This document shows, one piece after another, positions 16,851-26,157 of a stretch of DNA of 64,000 nucleotides. The position numbers were made by a program, and so were the translations under genes. A model generated the notes under the pieces. The model did no database searches, was not told the origin of the DNA, and was given only the letters and a program-made list of their open reading frames with translations. The DNA comes from Chlamydiales bacterium (GTDB lineage: Bacteria > Chlamydiota > Chlamydiia > Chlamydiales > SM23-39). The first letter of the stretch is position 1; each line of letters opens with the position of its first letter. The stretch lies in assembly GCA_028278035.1 (NCBI GenBank), contig JANQFC010000077.1, positions 73,323 through 137,322 of the forward strand, given 5' to 3'.

Positions 16851-18076
16851 ACTTTTTCATTTAACTGTGCATCATCTCTCAATTCTTCAATACCTAACGC
16901 TTTTCTTGCCTCAGACATAATGTAAAAACTGCCGGAAATTAATAATACCTCATTATTTTTTTCCGCTAAATCCTTAGCTTTTTTTACCCCAGCAGTAATT
17001 GATTTTTCAATTGCAGTATCTAAATAATTAATATTTAAAAAAGTATTTTTCACATTTTGACTTGGCATCGCTTTCAAAACTTTGGCTTCTACAATATGCA
17101 CAAATGAAGAAAATGATGCAATTATTTTACAATTTTTATTCTCATCTTTTTTTTTGGAAAGCCCTAAAACAACTCTTATTTTTTTATCAGGAAACTTTTC
17201 TTTTAAAGTGTTTTTCAAATTATTTAAACCGTCTGCATTATGAGCTACATCAAAAATTACAATTTTTGGCCCTAAGTTTTGATGTTCTTCAAAGCGGCAC
17301 CTAGGTCTTTTTTTCAAAGAAGCTTCTATTATTTGATTTGAGATTTTGTATTTTTTTTGCAGATCTTCTAAGCCTTTTTTGGCTATTAAAGAATTTTGAA
17401 GATCATAAAATCCTTTTTGTTCTGGCACTTGAATAATTCTGCTATTCTTTTCTTGCGCTGTTTTTATTATTGGTTCTAAATAAGCGCTGGGGCCTACTAC
17501 CACAGGAATATTATTTTTAATAATTCCAGCCTTTTGAAAAGCTATTTTATTTAAAGTATCTCCTAAAATATTAACATGATCAAAACCAATTGATGTTATA
17601 ATTGATAAAATAGGAGTGATGATATTGGTAGCATCATATTTTCCGCCAAGACCTGCTTCAATAACAGCAAAGTCTACTTTTTCATCGAAAAAGTATAAAA
17701 AAGCCATAGAGGCAATTGTTTCAAAAAAGCTCAATTTTACCTTAGTTTTTTTTTCAGCATTTTTAATTTTTTTGTAATAAAAAATGACATCTTTACAACT
17801 AATAAGCTCATCATTTATTGCAATTCTTTCTCTAAAAGTAGAAATATGCGGCGAAGTAAATAAAGCTGTTTTAAAACCCGACAAACTTAAAGCTTTGGCT
17901 ATTTTAGTAGAAACAGATCCCTTACCGTTAGTACCTGCTATATGAATAGATATTAAGTTATTATAAGGATAATTAAGTTCTCTGCTGACGGCTAAAATAT
18001 TATTTAAAGAATAATCCGCTTTTTGCAAAAGGGTTTTCGGAAAAATTTTTTTTATAATTTTATTATATTCTATCAT
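16847..18076 (-). CDS. folC: Folylpolyglutamate synthase / dihydrofolate synthase
   Basis: P-loop HIAGTNGKGS, Mur ligase-like architecture. Confidence 0.85.
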   Translation of the reverse strand: MIEYNKIIKKIFPKTLLQKADYSLNNILAVSRELNYPYNNLISIHIAGTNGKGSVSTKIAKALSLSGFKTALFTSPHISTFRERIAINDELISCKDVIFYYKKIKNAEKKTKVKLSFFETIASMAFLYFFDEKVDFAVIEAGLGGKYDATNIITPILSIITSIGFDHVNILGDTLNKIAFQKAGIIKNNIPVVVGPSAYLEPIIKTAQEKNSRIIQVPEQKGFYDLQNSLIAKKGLEDLQKKYKISNQIIEASLKKRPRCRFEEHQNLGPKIVIFDVAHNADGLNNLKNTLKEKFPDKKIRVVLGLSKKKDENKNCKIIASFSSFVHIVEAKVLKAMPSQNVKNTFLNINYLDTAIEKSITAGVKKAKDLAEKNNEVLLISGSFYIMSEARKALGIEELRDDAQLNEKV

Positions 18077-18903
18077 CTTATTAATTCATTAAAAACGTCT
18101 TCATTCACCCAAGAACAGCCTAGCTTAATATATGGTTTAATACTTCCATGATAATCAGAGCCGCCTGTTATTAAAAGCTTTTGCTTTTCTGCAATATCAA
18201 ACCATTTTTTTTCCTGGAAAGGCATTAATTTACCATAATATACTTCAATACCATCAAAATTCATATCTAACAAAGCTTTTAATACAGATTTTTTTTTTAT
18301 AAAATGAGGATGAGCAAGAACAGCTTTTCCTGAAGCTTTATGAATTTCTTCAATTACTTTTTGGGGAGGAAATTTTTCTCCCTGCACATAACAACTTGCT
18401 GAGTCTTTTAAATATTTATCAAAAGCTTCTTGAAATGTCTCAACATATTTTTTTTCTAACATTAACTGTGCTATATGAGGTCTGCCAACAGTAGTTTGAC
18501 TAACACCTTTGTGCCTTTTGATAAAATCTAAAAGTTCTGTTTCCTCAATTATAATATTAATTTTATTTAATTTTTCTATAATTTTTTTATTTCTATTGTT
18601 TCTTCTTGACTGAACTTCTTTTAGAAAATTTTTAAAACCTTTAGAAGTAATATTAAAATTATATCCTAAAATATGAACTGCTTCTGAATTTAATTCAGAA
18701 GAAATTTCAATACCTGGTATTAATTTGATATTATTTTTTTCTGCCACTTGGAAAAGAGTATTTGAATAAGCTTCAAAACTATCATGATCAGTAATGGACA
18801 AAGCTTGAAGATTTAATTCTTTAGCCAAATATATTAATTCTTCCGGAGTATCCGTTCCATCAGAATAAGTACTATGACAGTGAAGGTCTGCTCTAAAACT
18901 CAT
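18073..18903 (-). CDS. PHP-domain metal-dependent phosphoesterase (TrpH/YciV-like)
   Basis: Motifs are DLHCHSTYSDG, ITDHD and GGSDYHG. Confidence 0.8.
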   Translation of the reverse strand: MSFRADLHCHSTYSDGTDTPEELIYLAKELNLQALSITDHDSFEAYSNTLFQVAEKNNIKLIPGIEISSELNSEAVHILGYNFNITSKGFKNFLKEVQSRRNNRNKKIIEKLNKINIIIEETELLDFIKRHKGVSQTTVGRPHIAQLMLEKKYVETFQEAFDKYLKDSASCYVQGEKFPPQKVIEEIHKASGKAVLAHPHFIKKKSVLKALLDMNFDGIEVYYGKLMPFQEKKWFDIAEKQKLLITGGSDYHGSIKPYIKLGCSWVNEDVFNELIR

Positions 18904-18914
18904 AACTTTTGCTT

Positions 18915-19766
18915 TTATTTTGGAATATAACGAATTTCTTTTTCTAATATTATATTCATTTTATTTTTTACTTCATTTTGAATTATATGTATTAACTGCA
19001 AAACGTCTTTAGAAGTAGCGTTATTATCGTTAACAATGAAGTTTGCATGTATATCTGAAACTCTAGCTCCCCCAACTTGTTTTCCTTTAAGACCGCATTT
19101 TTCAATAATATAGCCCGCAGACATGTTCTTAGGATTTTTAAAAACACATCCTGCGTTATAAGATCTTACAGGCTGAGTCTTGTTTCTTTTTTGAACAAAA
19201 GATTCTTGAAGTTCTTTGACCCTGTCTGATTTGGTTAATTTGAATTTTGCAGACAAAATTACTCCCCTCATTTTTTGAAAAGAAGAATATCTATATTTAA
19301 ATGTAAGCTGATCCTTGAAATATTCAACTAAATGAGAATGCTCATCTAAAAACATTACACTTATTAAATTATCCGATGTTTTTTGACTGTTACATGCGGC
19401 ATTCATAAAAATAGCTCCCCCAACGCTTGCAGGCAAAGCTTTAGCATATTCAAATCCGGAAAGATTGTTTTTCTGACATAACACAGCAAGTTTTGCAATC
19501 AAAGCTCCAGATCCTACCTCTACTAAATTATCCTTAAGCAAAATCTTATCAAACTTATTCACAATAACTAAACCATCAAATCCTTCATCTTCTAATAAGA
19601 TATTTGACCCCTTGCCTATCACTAAAATTTTTTGGTTGTTGTTTTTAGCAAAATGAAAAGCGTCTTGAAAATCCTTGATTGAAGATGCTATAGCAAAAAA
19701 TTTAGCATCTCCTCCTATTCTAAAGGTAGTAAAACTTTTAAGATTCTTGTTTTTTTGTATTTCCAT
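18915..19766 (-). CDS. murB: UDP-N-acetylenolpyruvoylglucosamine reductase
   Basis: 283 aa with an FAD-binding N-terminus (TFRIGG, GKGSNIL) and C-terminal GGARVS...HANFIVN. Confidence 0.9.
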   Translation of the reverse strand: MEIQKNKNLKSFTTFRIGGDAKFFAIASSIKDFQDAFHFAKNNNQKILVIGKGSNILLEDEGFDGLVIVNKFDKILLKDNLVEVGSGALIAKLAVLCQKNNLSGFEYAKALPASVGGAIFMNAACNSQKTSDNLISVMFLDEHSHLVEYFKDQLTFKYRYSSFQKMRGVILSAKFKLTKSDRVKELQESFVQKRNKTQPVRSYNAGCVFKNPKNMSAGYIIEKCGLKGKQVGGARVSDIHANFIVNDNNATSKDVLQLIHIIQNEVKNKMNIILEKEIRYIPK

Positions 19767-20169
19767 CTGTCTTTTTATGAATAATGTCTAATATTGCATT
19801 TACAAAGGTCGCACTTTGAGGCGTTGCAAACTTTTTGCAAAGTCTTATAGCTTCTGCTATAGCAACCTTATTCGGCACTTCTTTATTATATTTTATTTCA
19901 TATATACCAAGTCTTAAAATATTTAGCTCTAATTTTGAAATTCGATCAAAATCATAAGATTTTGAACTCTCTTTGATTTCCTGATCTATCGTGCCTAAAT
20001 TCTTTATTACATCATTTACATAAGACTGAGTCATGCAAATATTTTTTTTAGTAGTTTTTAACTGATTCATCATAAATAACGTAAGATCTTTTTCTTCTGT
20101 CTTGATATAATTATATGCAAACAGAATTTGCAGAACAGATTCTCTGAATTTTTGTTTTGGAAGCCCCAT
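19738..20169 (-). CDS. nusB: Transcription antitermination factor NusB
   Basis: 143 aa with a NusB-like helical pattern (RESVLQILFAY..., INEAIRL-type region, FVNAILD). Confidence 0.8.
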   Translation of the reverse strand: MGLPKQKFRESVLQILFAYNYIKTEEKDLTLFMMNQLKTTKKNICMTQSYVNDVIKNLGTIDQEIKESSKSYDFDRISKLELNILRLGIYEIKYNKEVPNKVAIAEAIRLCKKFATPQSATFVNAILDIIHKKTDGNTKKQES

Positions 20170-20338
20170 ATTTTATCCTTTTTCAAATAGTATATCAGAT
20201 TAACAAGCTTTTTTCTTTATAAACTTTTATTTTAAAGCCATTTAAAATAAATATTTTATTTAATAATTTCAAAAAAAATATTTAAAAACTTGAATAATAA
20301 TTTATTTTTAATAAAAATAATTTGTGAGAGGCGGACAA

Positions 20339-20944
20339 ATGTTAGGTATTTTTTTAGATTCTGAGACTAATGGTTTAAATCCTCAGAAAAATAGAATTAT
20401 TGAAATTGCTTTTAAAATAATCGACTTGTACACAGGTATAATTAACGAAGATTATCATTCTGTTGTAGCACAACCCGATAACGTTTGGAAGCAAAGCAAT
20501 CTTAAAAGCTTGGAAATTACCGGTTTTACTTTTGATGATATGAAACAGGGGAAAACAGAAAGCAAAGTTGCAAATGACATAATAAATATATTCGAAAAAG
20601 CAAATATAAATAATGAAAATGCAGTCTTTATTTGTCAAAATCCTTCTTTTGACAGAACCTTCTTCTCCCAGTTAATAGATGCAGACATGCAAGATACCCT
20701 TAACTGGCCCTATCACTGGTTAGACCTCGCATCCATGTATTGGGCTATTTCAATGAAAAAAGTAAAAATCGAAAATAATTTATTCCCATGGCAAACAGGT
20801 TTCTCTAAAGATTTAATTGCATCCACCTATAATTTACCAACAGAACAACAACCGCATAGAGCTATGAACGGAGTTAATCATCTAATTTTATGCTATAAAG
20901 CTGTAGTTGGATTTCCTTATATCGAAAAAAAGTTTTCTAATTGA
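20339..20944 (+). CDS. DEDD-family 3'-5' exonuclease
   Basis: ATG 20339 follows SD GAGG. Motifs are FLDSETNGL (Exo I), NPSFDRTF (Exo II) and HRAMNG (Exo III-like). Confidence 0.7.
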   Translation: MLGIFLDSETNGLNPQKNRIIEIAFKIIDLYTGIINEDYHSVVAQPDNVWKQSNLKSLEITGFTFDDMKQGKTESKVANDIINIFEKANINNENAVFICQNPSFDRTFFSQLIDADMQDTLNWPYHWLDLASMYWAISMKKVKIENNLFPWQTGFSKDLIASTYNLPTEQQPHRAMNGVNHLILCYKAVVGFPYIEKKFSN

Positions 20945-21041
20945 TTTTATATGATTTTTTCTACATAATTTTTGATAAAAAATATTCATTTTGTATTTAA
21001 ATGCTTGTTAATGGATATTATTAAATAAAAAATATGTAATT

Positions 21042-21836
21042 ATGGATTTTCTGTATTTTATAATTCCAGTTATTGAAGTATTGGTCATTTGCATAGCAAT
21101 CAATTATTTACTGTCTTTTTTCTGGGCAACCAAATCAATGGATATAGTATGGGGAATACTAGCCTTTGCTTTACTGTTTGTAATAGCAACATGGTTAAAG
21201 CTACCTGTTTTACATAAAATTATAATAATACTAAGCAATGCTGCAGTTATAGGTTTTATAGTAATTTTTCAGCCGGAGCTAAGAACCGCATTAGCAAAAT
21301 TAAGTTTTAAAGGAAAACGCAATAAAGAAATAACGGAATTTGATAAATTTTTAGACCATTTAGCAAATACAATTTATCGTTTAGCTGAAAGGAGAATCGG
21401 AGCAATTATAGCAATTGAAAAAGAAGATTCCTTAGAGGAATATGCTCAAAAAGCTGTTATTTTAAATGCAGATTTTTCATCTGAGCTGTTGGAAACCATC
21501 TTTGCAGCTACAACACCTCTTCATGACGGAGCTGTAATAATTAGACAAAGAACTATTTTATCAGCCGCAAGTATTTTGCCTTTAGCGGAAGATATTTCCC
21601 ACATAAGTAAAGCAATGGGAACAAGACATAGAGCAGGCCTTGGGCTTTCAAGTTTTACAGACGCTCTAGTTATTGTTGTCTCAGAAGAAACTGGAAGGGT
21701 TTCCGTGGCAAGAGAAGGCATCATGACCAAGAGTATAAAAATTGATAGATTCAAAAGTGTTATTAGAAGTATTTTTAATTCTCCAAAAATTACTTTTCAA
21801 ACAAAATATAACTTTCGAGAATGGCTGAGAAAATGA
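21042..21836 (+). CDS. cdaA: Diadenylate cyclase CdaA/DacA (membrane-anchored)
   Basis: Three N-terminal TM segments and DisA_N motifs TPLHDGAVII and GTRHRAGLGLS. Confidence 0.9.
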   Translation: MDFLYFIIPVIEVLVICIAINYLLSFFWATKSMDIVWGILAFALLFVIATWLKLPVLHKIIIILSNAAVIGFIVIFQPELRTALAKLSFKGKRNKEITEFDKFLDHLANTIYRLAERRIGAIIAIEKEDSLEEYAQKAVILNADFSSELLETIFAATTPLHDGAVIIRQRTILSAASILPLAEDISHISKAMGTRHRAGLGLSSFTDALVIVVSEETGRVSVAREGIMTKSIKIDRFKSVIRSIFNSPKITFQTKYNFREWLRK

Positions 21837-23068
21837 AAAGTTTTTTAAAAAAAATATTTATAGAAAATTGGCAAAGAAAACTTGTTGCTTTAATTTTAGC
21901 AATTATTACCTGGTGGGCTGTTAATCATTCCCTTACTATCACAAAAACAATTTCAAATATTCCTGTACAAATAATCAATATACCTCAAGGCAAAACAATA
22001 ATTGGCATAGACTCCAACGGCTCTTTAAATAAAACTATAAACCTTGCCTTGTCCGGCAACAAACATTTGTTGGAACAATTATCTGAAGAAGACTTAAAAG
22101 TAGTTATCAATGCAAATGATCAAGCCTCAATCAATTCATTTTTAATCACTGAAAATAATGTAATCTCAACAAATCCAAATATAAAAATCAAAAAAAATAT
22201 TAAACAGGTAAAACCTCAGTATTTTTCCGTACAATTCAGTAATTTAGTAACAGATAAAATTCCGGTAAATGTAATCTCTCCTCATGGTAAGTCCCCCAGA
22301 GACTACAGTATGATTACTATTTGGCCTAACAAATTTCTTGTAAACGTTTCTGGACCAGAAGAAATAATTAATAAGCTCAAGACGTCCACAATAAGATTAT
22401 CTTTTGATTTATCTAAAATTTCCAGAAAAGAACTTAATGCTTTGTATTCTCAAAAAAAAGGAAATTCTGATTTAATCAGTTACTATATCCCTACTTCTTG
22501 GAAAAAAATTGAGATTCCAGAAATTTCCTCAATGCCAATAGAAATAGATGACCCTTTGATTAATATGCTGAGAATCGACTTTATTAAAGAAGATGCTTTG
22601 CCTATTAATACAAAAATTCCAATTCAATTATTTTACTCTTTATCTGCCAGTAATAAATATAATCCAAAAACAATCTCCTTACAAACAAATAATTTTATAA
22701 AATTAAATAATAATATACCTGTAGTATCAGTACCTTTATATAGCAAAGGAGTAAGTAAAATCTTTCTTGATGTAGTAAAAGATATGATGGAAATAATAAT
22801 TTCAATCGATCCTTCAAACAATAAATTTCACTGGAATGTCCAGGCTATTTTACCTATGGAATTAGAAGAAAAATATTTAGCAAAATTCCTGCAAGAAGAA
22901 AAAGAATATCTATCACATATTAAAATCGATTTTCAAGAAGATTACATAAGAAATTCATTTAGAAAATTTCTTCATAGACTTAAACTTTGGTTATCTGCCG
23001 ATGAAAAATTAGACTTAAATATTAAGCTCGAAAATAATCAAGTTGTTGTAAAACCTTATAAAAAATGA
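21821..23068 (+). CDS. YbbR-domain protein (CdaR-like regulator)
   Basis: It sits directly downstream of cdaA and overlaps it. It has an N-terminal TM segment, and the repeated beta-rich domains are inferred mainly from position. An alternative ATG at 21833 forms an ATGA overlap with the cdaA stop. Confidence 0.65.
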   Translation: MAEKMKSFLKKIFIENWQRKLVALILAIITWWAVNHSLTITKTISNIPVQIINIPQGKTIIGIDSNGSLNKTINLALSGNKHLLEQLSEEDLKVVINANDQASINSFLITENNVISTNPNIKIKKNIKQVKPQYFSVQFSNLVTDKIPVNVISPHGKSPRDYSMITIWPNKFLVNVSGPEEIINKLKTSTIRLSFDLSKISRKELNALYSQKKGNSDLISYYIPTSWKKIEIPEISSMPIEIDDPLINMLRIDFIKEDALPINTKIPIQLFYSLSASNKYNPKTISLQTNNFIKLNNNIPVVSVPLYSKGVSKIFLDVVKDMMEIIISIDPSNNKFHWNVQAILPMELEEKYLAKFLQEEKEYLSHIKIDFQEDYIRNSFRKFLHRLKLWLSADEKLDLNIKLENNQVVVKPYKK

Positions 23069-24180
23069 ATGAAATCATATTAATCAAATATCAAATGACC
23101 CAAAAAGGCGGACTTGAAAAGCAATTTTGGAAAATACTAAAAGTCTTAATTAATAAAAACTATACAGTCACTATTCTTACTGCTTCAAAAGTAAAAAAAA
23201 ATCATCCCAATGTTATTTTTCAACATCTTCCCGTTCATAGTGTTTTTAAGTTTTTAAAGATAAAAAAATTTGATCAAAAATGTTCTTTATGGATTAAAAA
23301 GTCTAATGCAAAAATTGTATTATCATTCGACAGAACCTCTCATCAAAGTTATATGAGACTGGGAAACGGGATTCATAAAGCTTATTTAAACAAAAGATCC
23401 CTGTTTGAAACTTTTTTTAAAACATTTATAAATATAATAAATCCCCTTCACAAAATCATTTTATCTTTAGAAAAAAAAGCTTTTTCCAATTCTTTTTTAA
23501 AAACCATAATAGTTAACTCAAATATGGTAAAAAATGAAGTAATTAAATATTACTCAAACAAAAATATCAAAGTTGTACATAATGGAGTCGAATTAAATGC
23601 CTTGCAAAAGCCCTTTATAGAACAGTTCGATCAAAAAAATGCAATATTAAAAAAATTTACCCTACCTCAAGCTACTCAAATATTATTCGTAGGTAATGAT
23701 TTTAAAAGAAAAGGACTTAAAATCCTTATTTTAGCATTAGCTCGTTTAAAAAATAAAAATTTTCATCTCTGTATTGTAGGCAAAGATAAACACGAAAAAA
23801 AATATAAGAAGCTAGTTGAAAAATTAAAATTAAACAATAAAATAACTTTTTTCGGTCCCAGACAAGACGTTATAAAATTTTACCAGATAGCTGATTTATT
23901 TGTCCTGCCCACTTATTATGATCCTTTCGCAAATACGACTATTGAAGCCATAGCTCTTGGCAATTATACAATAACTTCAAAAAATAACGGAGCATCTGAA
24001 ATAATCAATGAAAAAAATGGTTATGTTTTAGATAATTTAAATATAAACTGTTTATTTAATTGCCTCAGCAAAGTAATTAAACATAAAAAATCTAAAAAAA
24101 ATGCAGAAGAAATCAGAAATACTATAAATAACCTTGAGATAACAAAACAGCTGGATAAATTAATAAGCATATTAAAATGA
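23065..24180 (+). CDS. GT4/GT1-family glycosyltransferase (LPS core-type)
   Basis: C-terminal motif FVLPTYYDPFANTTIEAIALGNYTITS...GASEII. Confidence 0.8.
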   Translation: MNEIILIKYQMTQKGGLEKQFWKILKVLINKNYTVTILTASKVKKNHPNVIFQHLPVHSVFKFLKIKKFDQKCSLWIKKSNAKIVLSFDRTSHQSYMRLGNGIHKAYLNKRSLFETFFKTFINIINPLHKIILSLEKKAFSNSFLKTIIVNSNMVKNEVIKYYSNKNIKVVHNGVELNALQKPFIEQFDQKNAILKKFTLPQATQILFVGNDFKRKGLKILILALARLKNKNFHLCIVGKDKHEKKYKKLVEKLKLNNKITFFGPRQDVIKFYQIADLFVLPTYYDPFANTTIEAIALGNYTITSKNNGASEIINEKNGYVLDNLNINCLFNCLSKVIKHKKSKKNAEEIRNTINNLEITKQLDKLISILK

Positions 24181-25457
24181 GTAAAAACAAAATATCGTAT
24201 TATTTGATTAGATTTCTAACAATTCCTTTTATGTTTTTGCCGTATAAAATTATTCATACAATTGGCAGAATAATCGGTAAGTGTGCTTTTTATGTAATGA
24301 CAGAATATAGAAAAAAAACACTTAGCAATTTAGCATTAGCTAATGATTTAAAGCTTACCAAAAAACAAATCAAGCATTATGCGATTAAATCCTTTCAAAA
24401 CTTAGCAATAACTGTCTTTGAATATCCAAAGCTATCCAGAGAAAAACACTTCAACAAAATAATTAAATGTGAAAATCCAGAAATTGCAAACCAAATATAT
24501 AAACAAAAAAAAGGCATCATCTTTTTTGTAGGACATCAGTCTAACTGGGAAGTATTATTTTTGGATGGAACTTCCAGAATGAAGGGAATAGCCATCGGCA
24601 GGCCTATAAAAAACAAAAGGCTTTATCAATGGATCGTGGCTATCAGAGAGAAAAATAATGGCAAAATCATTACTCCTAAAAATGCTTTAAAAGAAGGTTT
24701 AAGAAATTTACGAAAAGGCATTTTTATGGGTATTGTCGGAGATCAGGGTATGCCTGACAGCAACTATTCTTTTCCTTTTTTTGGAAGAAGAGCCTGGACC
24801 TCCACCGCTCCGGCCTTACTTTCTTATAAAACAAACTGTCCGATAATTGTGGCCACAACAAAAAGAGAAAATGGAAAATATATAATCAGATATTCAGATC
24901 CGATATGGCCAGATCTGAAAAAAAATAGAGATAGTGAAGTATTAAGACTTATGGACACATCATTAAACATTTTGCAAAAGAGCATAAAAGAAAAACCCGG
25001 AGAATGGCTTTGGCAGCATAATAGATGGAAACAGCAAACGCCGAAAGTCTTATATAAAAGATTCAGACAAGACTGTATTTGTATAATTTTACCTATAGAA
25101 AAAAATCCCTTTGAAAAAATTTTTAACCACCTCTCTGTTTTAAAATCCATATATTCCAGAGATTTTATTTTTGTATTATGTCCTGAAAAATATAAGAATT
25201 TGGACATCATAAAATGTGACGAGATTTTTTATTACAAAAAGTATAAAGACACTCTTGTGCAAGATTATAGATTTAAATTAATTTATAATTTCACATCATA
25301 TAAAGAAATTAACAAACACTTTTTAAAATTAAGTGCTTTTGAAGTTTTAACAATACCAAAACTTCAAAAATTAGCCTCTAAAAAAATACCTAAAGAACAT
25401 CTTCAAGATTTATCTTTAGTACTTAAAACTGCAACATGTAGAAATATAAGAGAATAA
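24177..25457 (+). CDS. Lipid A biosynthesis LpxL/HtrB-type acyltransferase with a ~130-aa C-terminal extension
   Basis: Catalytic HX4E-type motif VGHQSNWE; PGEWLWQHNRWK marks the usual end of the domain near residue 295 of 426. Confidence 0.75.
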   Translation: MSKNKISYYLIRFLTIPFMFLPYKIIHTIGRIIGKCAFYVMTEYRKKTLSNLALANDLKLTKKQIKHYAIKSFQNLAITVFEYPKLSREKHFNKIIKCENPEIANQIYKQKKGIIFFVGHQSNWEVLFLDGTSRMKGIAIGRPIKNKRLYQWIVAIREKNNGKIITPKNALKEGLRNLRKGIFMGIVGDQGMPDSNYSFPFFGRRAWTSTAPALLSYKTNCPIIVATTKRENGKYIIRYSDPIWPDLKKNRDSEVLRLMDTSLNILQKSIKEKPGEWLWQHNRWKQQTPKVLYKRFRQDCICIILPIEKNPFEKIFNHLSVLKSIYSRDFIFVLCPEKYKNLDIIKCDEIFYYKKYKDTLVQDYRFKLIYNFTSYKEINKHFLKLSAFEVLTIPKLQKLASKKIPKEHLQDLSLVLKTATCRNIRE

Positions 25458-25458
25458 T

Positions 25459-26157
25459 ATGCCTTTTGATCGTTATTATGTGAATCAGTTATTAGAAAAA
25501 AGTTCAGTTGTAAAAATTGAAAATACAGAATTTCATCATCTTAAAAAAGTGATGAGAAAAAAAGAAAATGACACTATTGAACTTATTGACGGTAAAGGAA
25601 TATTGGCCACAGCCACATTGCAAAAAATTAACTCTAAAAATGCCGTTGCTAAAATAAAATCTGTAAAAAAAGCAAAACCTGAAAAACAAAAAACAGTGTT
25701 GGTTCAATCAATTATTAAATTAAACCGATTAGAAATTTTAATTGAAAAAGCAAGTGAACTGGGATGTACAGAATTTTTATTTTTTCAAGCAAAAAACTCT
25801 GAAAAAATAAATTTTTCAAATAACAAAATTAAAAGGCTGGAAAATATAATAATATCAGCTTGTAAACAATGCGGCAGGCTATTTATTCCAAAAATGACTT
25901 TTTTTAAATCTATCAAAGACTTTTCTCATATTAAAGGTAATATTTTTTATGGAGACCAATACGCTAAAAAAAACTCCTTTTCTTTAAACACAGATTCGGA
26001 CAGTTATTTTTTTATAGGTCCCGAAATGGGCTTTTCAAAAGAAGAAACCCTCTTTTTACAACAATTAAAAGCAAAAAATATTTGTTTAAATAAAAATATT
26101 CTGCGTTCAGAAACAGCTGGAATAACAGCTATAGGTATTATGCGTTATCTTCTGTAG
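25459..26157 (+). CDS. rsmE: 16S rRNA (uracil1498-N3)-methyltransferase
   Basis: 232 aa, with HHLKKVMR near the N-terminus and C-terminal ILRSETAGITAI. Confidence 0.8.
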   Translation: MPFDRYYVNQLLEKSSVVKIENTEFHHLKKVMRKKENDTIELIDGKGILATATLQKINSKNAVAKIKSVKKAKPEKQKTVLVQSIIKLNRLEILIEKASELGCTEFLFFQAKNSEKINFSNNKIKRLENIIISACKQCGRLFIPKMTFFKSIKDFSHIKGNIFYGDQYAKKNSFSLNTDSDSYFFIGPEMGFSKEETLFLQQLKAKNICLNKNILRSETAGITAIGIMRYLL

